Shown: positions 50,776 through 64,000 of the stretch, piece after piece
Position numbering within the stretch: the stretch's first letter is position 1
Layout: each line of letters opens with the position of its first letter
DNA from: Balanoglossus misakiensis
Taxonomy: Eukaryota > Animalia > Hemichordata
NCBI GenBank assembly: GCA_040954595.2
Contig: CM082586.2
Location: forward strand, 3,826,349-3,890,348
Length of the DNA stretch: 64,000 nucleotides
Direction of reading: 5' to 3'
Program-made: the position numbers and the translations under genes
The notes under the pieces: model-generated
The model's input: only the letters and a program-made list of their open reading frames with translations
The model's database searches: none
What the model was told of the DNA's origin: nothing

Positions 50776-53700
50776 CTACTCTATCGTTTGTCGTTTGCTC
50801 TCGTCTACTATCGGCAAGTTTGTGATTTTCGGGCAACTCTTTTTATTTGAACCGTATTCCCGTTGAAGTTGGTCAATCTGTCGCTGTTGGTTGGCCTTGT
50901 CGTTGCGAAGGTTTTTGACCAGCGCACCGGTTGTGTTGTAGAGCACCGCCATTTCACGTTCAATGTCGCTTTTTGTGTGTTGCATCTGCAGTCTTAGTTT
51001 CTTGATGATGTAGGCAGTTTTCTTGCCCTGTTCTTTCAGAGACGTTTTGACGTTTGAAAGACTGGTTGCCAGGATACCGTTGCGGTGAGAGTTCAAATTT
51101 CGGAAGTTCTCTTGTTTCTGTTCGATTTGTCGCAAACTTCTCCTGGTCGATATCCGATTGCCATGACAACGAACACCGAGGGCAGAAAACAAAAAACCGA
51201 GCCGTCGAAGATTAGCGCCTGTTTTGTTTTGTTTCTGTTCGATCTCTTGAAAACGATTTCGGAGAAATGTTGCATGTTGGTCGTAAACCCCTTGGTGAAA
51301 CAAAATATATCGGTTAATTCTGTTGCGTTCTTCTTGCATGCATAGATTTACTGTGTCGCTGTTCTCATTCAGTTTTTCCACCACGGATCGGAAATGCTGA
51401 TTTACCAACGACTTCAAAAACGTGACCAAGTTGTCAACATTTCTAGATAACTGTTGTTGGTCTTCGTCAATGCCCGTTTTTAAGTTGTGTGTTTCTTGTT
51501 CAACCAGTGAGATTCTCTGATCTTGAACATCAATCTTAGAATCCACATAACTCCGCATTTCTTTTTGTGATTCGTCGCCATGATTGAACACGTCACGACA
51601 AACAGCTGCTTGCTGACTTTGCCATAAATTACTTCTAAACTCTGTGTAGTTTGTAAATTGTTTCATGTCCTCCACTGAGGCAGCGTGTCTCAACTGTCGT
51701 GCGTGTTTTCCCAACATGGCCATGACTTTCTCCAACTGCTGTTCCAGCCAGCGTTGTTTAAATTCAAAACGCGCGTTGCTCGGTCGTGGTATTCTCGTCA
51801 GCTCGTCGGAGATCAGACGAATTCTGTCATTCAACACTTTCAGTCGTCTGTCGGCATCGCAGTTGTTGCCATCGTTATATTTTCTCTGGTGTTCTTTCGT
51901 TTGTTTGCGGAATTGAGTCGCGCGAGAGGTCTTCTGTTGGAAGGTGGTGTCGAAGATGTCAGCTCTAGAAACTAACTGGGAAATTGTTGAGTTGTACGTT
52001 TCGTCCAATGGGTCATGTGTAGAGTGAGATGTCCAGGGTCCGTGAGAATTAAATGAAATGCCCTTGTCTTGCACGTCGTCGAATTTCGGATAATTCCTGG
52101 CAATGGCGCGTCTGTTAAGTTTTTGAAACACTGTCATGTAAGCAAAAAGACTTGCCTTTTCCTTGGCTATGTTTTTACGGTACCTAGTCAGGGAAATTAA
52201 ACTTGTGTTGACGTTTTCAATAAATTGCTGATTAGAAACCAAAAGACGTCGCCTGCTTGAAATCACTTCCCTCTTGACTATGATTAACTTATGGGCGAGA
52301 GCTTGCCCAAGAAGAGCCACGTCATTTCTCATTGTGGCCACCGTTTTATGTAGATTACTATCCATTTTGTTATCAGCGTCGCTTTTATCTAGTTGTTTCA
52401 TGATTTCTCTAACTTGGCCTTCCACTTTTCTCGTGTGATTTTGCATTACCTCCTGTTGGGTGGTGAGATGGTGGTTTTGATTTTGAGAGGCGTTCATATT
52501 TTGAAGTATCGCTGCGTAACCATCGCGTACATTTTTGGCCAGTCGAATATGACTGTTTTCGACTTCGTTTAGTCTATCCACAATCGCCTTGACAACAGGT
52601 GATGTTGTGTCCATCACTCTGGAGGCCATCTTGGACGTCAGTGTTGTCACATGATTGCCATAGTCGTTCAGCAACTGTTTGCAGACTTGCAGTGGACGAG
52701 TCACGTTTCTGGCGTCACCGACAATTCCATTGGCTTTGGTGACTGCATCACTTGTGTTTTCTACTGCTTGGACAAGACGACATATTCTGGCCTGATTTCT
52801 GCCGACATTTTCGTCGATTTTCTTCAACTTTGAATCCGTTCTCGTGGCACGGGCTCGCAGTGCATGATGGGTGATACCCTCAGAACAAGTTTGGTGGGAA
52901 AGCGCGTTTTCTCTGGCCAGTGCGCGTTTCAGGTCGTTTTCAAAGCTACGCAGTCTGTTGGCGACCATTTTCACTTTACTGGTGACCGAGTTTATGCTAC
53001 CGTAACACCTCACCCTCGAACTCATCAGTCTGCGTCTGTTTATGTTGGTAGCCGTCGCGACAGTTTGCAACCGATCGCGTGAAAATTCCACTGTTTGGTT
53101 GAGAAATGCAGATGCGCTGATTATACTGTGAAAATTCTTCGAGCTATCGGCCGTCAAGTTTGCGATCGATTGCTGGAGGTAACGTTGGTGCATTTGAGTC
53201 CGAATCATTGCTTGGCTGACTCTCATCAAATGAAATTCCAGTCTAGATGTATGCTGTGTCTTTTCTTGATATTGCAACGTTGAACGATTTGACTGGTTCT
53301 GCAGTGTCTGTATACTGACCGATGTCCGAATACTGGTCGCCATGTAACCACCGACACTTTTTACTAGTCTTCTCATTTGATTTTCAAAAGCGTTGAGTCT
53401 AACAGCAATGGCGCTTATTTGGTTCGCAAACTCGAGTCTACTTTTTGACATCTGGATTGCTGCTCGTTTCATTTTCATTTCATTCTTGCGCGTTAATTTT
53501 TGAAGATTTGATATTTGACGAAAGTGCGCCTTCGTTGACTGGTCCGATTTTGCCATCTCCAGGTCGATGCGATGCAAATTATTAAAAATGACGGATGTCA
53601 TGGTTTGGAAAGCTTCATCGAGATTAGCGATTTTTGTATAACTTTTGGTTACATTTCTGTCTACTTTTTTAAGCTTAGACAACACATTCGCCTTGTCATT

Positions 53701-54570
53701 TTTGGTTGTTTTCATGAATTCGTTCAAAGTCGTGTTCAAGTTCTCGATATGTTTGCGTAACGTACTAAAAGCTGTCGTGTCTTTGCTCTCATCTGATTTT
53801 GTAGTCTGCTGTTGTCTCAGCGTCGATTGCATGTCATCCATGTTGGAAATTATCATCTTGTTTTCCCTTTCCATATCTCTCACAACGTTACCATAGTGAC
53901 GGAGTTGTATTTTCCCATCAGTCACTTCACCACGCACGTTGATTAGTGACGTTTCATACTCGTCTCCCTGTTCTTTAATTCTCGCCCGTAATGCGTTGAT
54001 CTGGTCGCCAAGTCTCGCCGACTCACGTTTCAACTCGGTATCCATCTTTGCTTCCAATGAAGTCACTTTGCTCTCTAGTGTTTTGACGACAATTTCCAAA
54101 GCATCAGACTCCGATGAATAGTAATTAGTGACCGGTGGTCTCAGTATCTGCAACCCGACCAGTCCTGTGTGAATTAATACAAAATAGTGACATTAACTAT
54201 GCATCAAATCGTAAACTTTGTACTAGCAATGGAATGGGATGCTTTTCCACCAAACGGGTATTAACTATTATTACATTAGAGTTCAATTTCCTCAAAACGT
54301 TGTGATGTGTTGTCTTATTTAGACAAACTATAAACATGATTTTCACGTTGTTTTGCAGATTCATTTTATGTACCAAAACAGACAAGACCAATTTGCACAG
54401 GTGGTATACTCACCGATTATGGTAAGTGACAGACACGTCATTAGGCCTACGTGTGGCATATCTTGAAAATAAGACCGGGTGTTCTGTCGTTCTGTTGATA
54501 TCTGCTGTTCCTGCCTGTTCGTCTTCTCCCGGCCGCCATTATTTAACTTCCTGGGTTTTTGCTTGGTCAT
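50776..54570 (-). CDS. Uncharacterised predicted type II membrane protein with a very long coiled-coil region (about 1181 aa)
   Basis: Exon 54570-54414 (donor GTGAGT) joins 54164-50776 in phase 1. The join creates the hydrophobic stretch VGLMTCLSLTIIGLVGLQIL, followed by heptad-rich sequence with many N-x-S/T sequons. Confidence 0.75.
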
Positions 54571-54684
54571 CTTGACGGATCGGCCACGCTAAAAGAGGGG
54601 TAAAATCAAACCAGTTCTGAAAACTTTTCATTTATAGTCAAAGAGTCCCAAATTCACGGTGTCATTGATATCAGTTCTGTATTT

Positions 54685-54697
54685 GTCTCCTAGCAAC
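54685..54697. promoter_or_regulatory. RFX X-box upstream of the coiled-coil gene
   Basis: GTCTCCTAGCAAC, about 115 bp upstream of the ATG at 54570. Confidence 0.55.
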
Positions 54698-56080
54698 CGA
54701 TGGCTACCGTTTGAACAAATTCTTCAATCGTGTGGCGTGCATCACAATTCTGTCAACGTGGAGTTCCGAATTCGATACCACTGATGCGAGCGCCGTGTTA
54801 AAAGTTCACCGCTATAAAATCTTTACGGCGTGCGCATAAACTTTTCTACATCGCTGAGTTCAGGCAGACATATTTGACAGTTTCAAGCTATGAAGTTGGG
54901 GCCATGGGTTCACTTCCTAGATGCTAGTCGTATATGTATATTTGAATTTACATGTATAGTCTTGAGGAATATTTCCACAGTGTCCTGACAGTGTGTTTCT
55001 GTCATTCTTTTCGTAGAAATGGCAAGAGGTCGATATTACTGAAGTGATGACTGTGCGTGTCTCACATTTCCCTCGGAATTATCCGCGTCTTGTCTCTTGT
55101 AAAATAGTTAGATCTGACAATGTGTGTCCTATTACTCTAATTATGGAGAAAAAAATCTGAAAATATTAAATTGAAATTCGTATAAATTGTCACAAATTCT
55201 TTACAGATCAATAATTTAGACCCACCTCGATTTGCTTGAAATCCTTGGACTCAACAAGAGGCCCTTCCTACTAACTGGGCAGGTTCTGCAATAATAAAGG
55301 CGACGGACTAGATACAGCACGGGCGACCAGCAACGTAGGCACTCAGGGCTACGATGTAAACATCTACGTGGCAAAGCTATGTGATCAAACTCAACTGGGT
55401 GCCCCGGTGACGTTGGGGGTTATTCGGATTGTCAGTGACTAATGATAGACAATTATGACACGACTTCGTGAAGTGCGATCGAATTTCTTTGTATGCTGTT
55501 AAAATACATGTATTAGGAGGTTTACGACAACTCGAACAGAATCATCTCTATCACTTTACGCACGATGTGCTATACTTTATTTCAACTATATCAAGTTGTA
55601 TCTTGTACTCAAATAAGGACACACAACTAGAAGTCTCTGTTTTAAGAGATTTTGATATTCTCCGACTGGAAAAAAAACTTGATATAGTTTAAATAAAGTT
55701 GCCATCTATTTAGCGATTCCATACACACATACTGCGTAAGTTAAAGCGCCCTCTAGGAGTTTCCCGCTGTTGTGCAATATACAGATCCCTTCATGTTACC
55801 CCTCTAAGAGATATTGCAATCCGTACACTTAACTCCCCCTTTTGATATCATTGCGCGCAACACTGTCGGCGATCTTGAGTATTTGACACACAAAAAAGAA
55901 CATTTTCGTCATCAAAAATATTCGAAAATGGCATAAGGTGGTTCAAAATTAAATATTGGGAATTATATTGCACATTTGATGGTACATTTTCAAAATAAAG
56001 TACGGCGGATGTATATTGAAATAGGCGCATGAGGTCACCTGATTGACCTCTTCGTCCGTGTGTCTGGCAAAGCTGAAGCC

Positions 56081-57770
56081 ATGAGGTAACATGCTGACAG
56101 AATATCAGCAATATTACGAGTGTTCATGCACCGTTTTTACATAAGGGTGAAATGTTGGTTGCCTGACTAGTTTACCTAATTGAAAATAAGTCTAATTATC
56201 AGTAAAATTTTCTGGCTGTGCCATATCGCGATGAATTATGTCGGTGCATTGGCACATGGCCATGTTGTCAACATCATCCAACATGGCGGCTTCCATGATC
56301 AGATGATGAGGAAACGAATCATCGCTCTTTCGTGAAGAGATCTGTAGACTGTAGATCAGAGATCTGTAGATCACATAGCATGATGTTAAAGGGTGTTTAT
56401 GGAAGCATCAGTCACCTTTGCCTGTTGAGTTCTTCGAGAAGTGTTCCCAAGTTGTGACACTTCATAAGTTGATCACTGTTTTCTCTCTAATGCAGTACCC
56501 TAAGGCTTCAGAAGCGACTGGCCTCCAGTGTGCTCAAATGCGGCAAAAATAAAGTTTGGTTAGATCCAAATGAAATCAACGAAATTGCCAATGCCAATTC
56601 ACGTAAGTAATATTACCCTTTATCATGAAGTGTTGTATTTTTATGAAATACTGCTGCATTTGTAATTGTGGAAAATATGCCCCAATCAAATCATTACTTA
56701 GTGTATGATCTATGTCATATTTTTGTTTATCATAGGTCAGAACATCAGAAAACTTATAAAAGATGGTTTAATCATCCGCAAACCAGTTGCAGTGCACTCG
56801 CGTGCTCGTGTACGCAAGGCAATCATTGCAAGAAGGAAAGGTCGTCACATGGGATATGGTAAGCATCTGTCGTGACTCGAGTGAAACAGTTGAAAAGGTG
56901 GTGTTTCATCATAAATCTTTGGCTTTCTCTCGGATAGTATGTGTAGTAAATGAGATGGTCTTCTTCTTCTCCTGTTTTCAAGGTAAAAGAAAAGGTACGG
57001 CCAATGCCCGTATGCCAGAAAAGGTTATCTGGATGAGGCGTATGCGTGTTCTCAGAAGGTTACTCAGAAAGTACAGAGAGAACAAGAAGATTGATCGCCA
57101 TTTGTAAGTTCGGTATTGTGATTATCCCTTTTTGTGGAATTCGTGCAACTACAAATTACTGTTCTGGAACTTCTGTACACCCATAAAAAGCGTCGAGCAA
57201 TGAACAAAACCCAAAGACAGTCAAACCTATATTAGTGACCACCTATAATGTCACTGGATGACCGATTTGTTATACAGTCTGTGTGCAGTTTATGTGGGTT
57301 AGATCTGCTCATCTAATCAACCCTGCATTCATCCACAGATATCATTCTCTGTACATGAAAGCCAAGGGTAACGTTTTCAAGAACAAGCGTGTCTTGATGG
57401 AATTCATCCACAAGAAGAAGGCAGAGAAAGCAAGAAGCAAGATGTTGTCGTACGTACAATTTTCATTCGGCCATGCGTCCAGTTTTGTCTTAGCCTTTCT
57501 TGGACTTTTGCTTATTTGAGTGTGGTACCCATTTACTCTTTTCGTTCTTCAAGCTTGCACACCCATAATTCAGTTGTCTACAGCAGCTCATATGCCTATG
57601 CAACCTAGCATATTATTAATAAAAATCTTCATTTACTCCACAGAGACCAAGCTGAAGCCCGCCGTGTCAAAACGAAAGAAGCACGTAGGCGACGCGAGGA
57701 GAGACAACAGCTCAAAAGAGAAGAGCTTCTTAAAACATTTGCTAAAGAAGATGAAGCTGCTAAAAAATAA
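56081..57770 (+). CDS. RPL19: 60S ribosomal protein L19 (eL19)
   Basis: Exons 56081-56085, 56496-56602, 56736-56858, 56983-57103, 57339-57449, 57644-57770. Translation [28 protein letters not shown]...[12 protein letters not shown]...[19 protein letters not shown]-like CCTCTTC near 56047. The stop codon overlaps AATAAA. Confidence 0.98.
56279..56290 (+). promoter_or_regulatory. YY1 motif in RPL19 intron 1
   Basis: CAACATGGCGGC is a strong YY1 consensus match. Confidence 0.55.
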
Positions 57771-57927
57771 ATTCTTGTATGATTCTGTGGATTTCAATTT
57801 CTCACCAGAAATAACAGGCTGTACTTTCGACCTTGCACCATCCAAAGTAAACGTTAAATATTGACCTGACAACTGGCTTGTGTTGTATTTTCTTTCTTCT
57901 TACACTCTCTGTGGATTTTAAAAAGGC

Positions 57928-58082
57928 GGCGATCATCTTATGCGCATGTGCCAAACCAGAGACTCTTGTTACAAATATTATGTACTGTCAATGCCATAAG
58001 ACAGTGTGCACTGAGTGACTGAGTGCTGTCGTGACAATAGACAAGATGGTGGTGGCAACCATGGTCTGTGTCAGAGATCGGG
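57928..58082 (+). repeat. Dispersed repeat family B, copy 2
   Basis: Homologous to 36168-36301, with indels. Confidence 0.85.
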
Positions 58083-59190
58083 ACAAGACAGCTAGGGTGT
58101 AGAAACCAGAGTGTTAAATAATGATAGCTTGACCCAGGAATCGGACATGGATCCTCAATTTATCAGACAAGTTGTCCACAAGGGAATTTCTGAAAGCCAG
58201 AATGTCAGATCCCAGAGTTGCTGCAGCAACTGGCAAATTCTGGAAAGTTTGTTTCATTCCTGACACCTGAAGTTGTTCAACTTCTCCGGAAGTCTATACA
58301 TGTACCTCTTTCCCCAGGAATGTTGATCTGGAAGGTATGATGTAATTGATGGTGTGATCAAATATTTAGATTTCAATTTTTATTGCCAGACCAGGTCATT
58401 TGTATAAGCATTGCACTGGCTGCCACATCACCACAAAAGGCGGTTGACTCCAGATCAGAAACAATATGGGTAAGTGTGTGTGTGTGTATGTGTGGAGGGG
58501 GGTTGAAAGTTAATGGTATGTCACTGTGATATTTGGACACATGCAATACTTATTTCCTCTTCTACTCTCATACAACTTTTCGTGTTTAGTATAAGTGAAT
58601 GAGCTCTTAATTGAAGCACAGGTTCTTTTCGGGGAAAGAAAGAAACAACAGTTGTTCTTTTGAGGGGGAAAGAACCACCGTCATGATAAACTGATAAATG
58701 CAAGCGAGTGGCTTACTTCAAGACACTGCTTTGTTTATCATGATGATGGTTGTTGTTTCTTTCTTTCCTTAATTCTTTCTTTATTTGTTTCCCTGAAAAG
58801 AACCCCAAGTTCACCTGTGGCCTAACATGAACAAAAGTCTCTTTTCCCACGATTAAACTACTGTCCGTTTATACTGTATGCTTTGGTGAGTCTTCTATTC
58901 TTTGTGTCGCCTTTGTTCCCTGCTCTACGACATGTATACTCCATCATTTCCCCCAAGAACGTGTCCAAACGTGCTGGATGACTACCATCTAAGCAGGGCG
59001 TGTCCAGCGCCTATGGCCGGCCATGCTGCATTGGTGTAGTCTCGCATTTCACGAGAGTACGGGTGGCGCGAGTAGAGGGCGCCCATATATATATTAGCAT
59101 ACTCCGAGCTAGCGTCTGTGTGTCGGAGAATATTTCAGTTTGTAATCCGTTTTCGCGAAATTATATGAAGTATAGCTAAAATATGCGACC

Positions 59191-64000
<4,810 letters not shown>

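Noticed and set aside
56296-56375. ATGATGA C-box-like motif with AGATCTGTAGA micro-repeats in RPL19 intron 1
   Set aside because: No suitably placed CTGA D box. It looks like local slippage repeats.
58125-58200. tRNA-like segment on the minus strand (CTGATAA loop, GTCCGATTCC)
   Set aside because: No complete cloverleaf. At most a decayed SINE head.

Overview
This is intron-rich animal (bilaterian invertebrate) genomic DNA, not prokaryotic. Gene content and intron positions suggest a slow-evolving marine invertebrate such as a hemichordate, echinoderm or lancelet, but this is inference. Most of the short ORFs in the track are noise or exon fragments. Genes assembled by hand from GT-AG junctions and reading frame, left to right: a DCDC2-like doublecortin gene (minus, runs off the left end, 11.9 kb intron); SLC25A51-like mitochondrial carrier (+); a truncated CRAL-TRIO fragment behind an intact-looking promoter (+); an orphan 454-aa single-exon gene (-); a CAAX-type complexin-like gene (-); CAMSAP/Patronin (+); RPS25 (-); MTERF4-like (+); a BTB/BACK protein (+); an orphan ~1181-aa type II membrane coiled-coil protein (-); RPL19 (+); and an AGO-clade Argonaute (+, runs off the right end). 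Several MITE-like elements, a (GATA)n microsatellite, and RFX, YY1, CTCF and DR1 motifs are visible. No CRISPR array, rRNA or intact tRNA was found. The best leads are a ~200-nt multi-hairpin intronic RNA candidate in CAMSAP, an unannotated alternative or poison exon in DCDC2, the X-box-linked membrane coiled-coil orphan, and the divergent complexin. None is a demonstrated new system.
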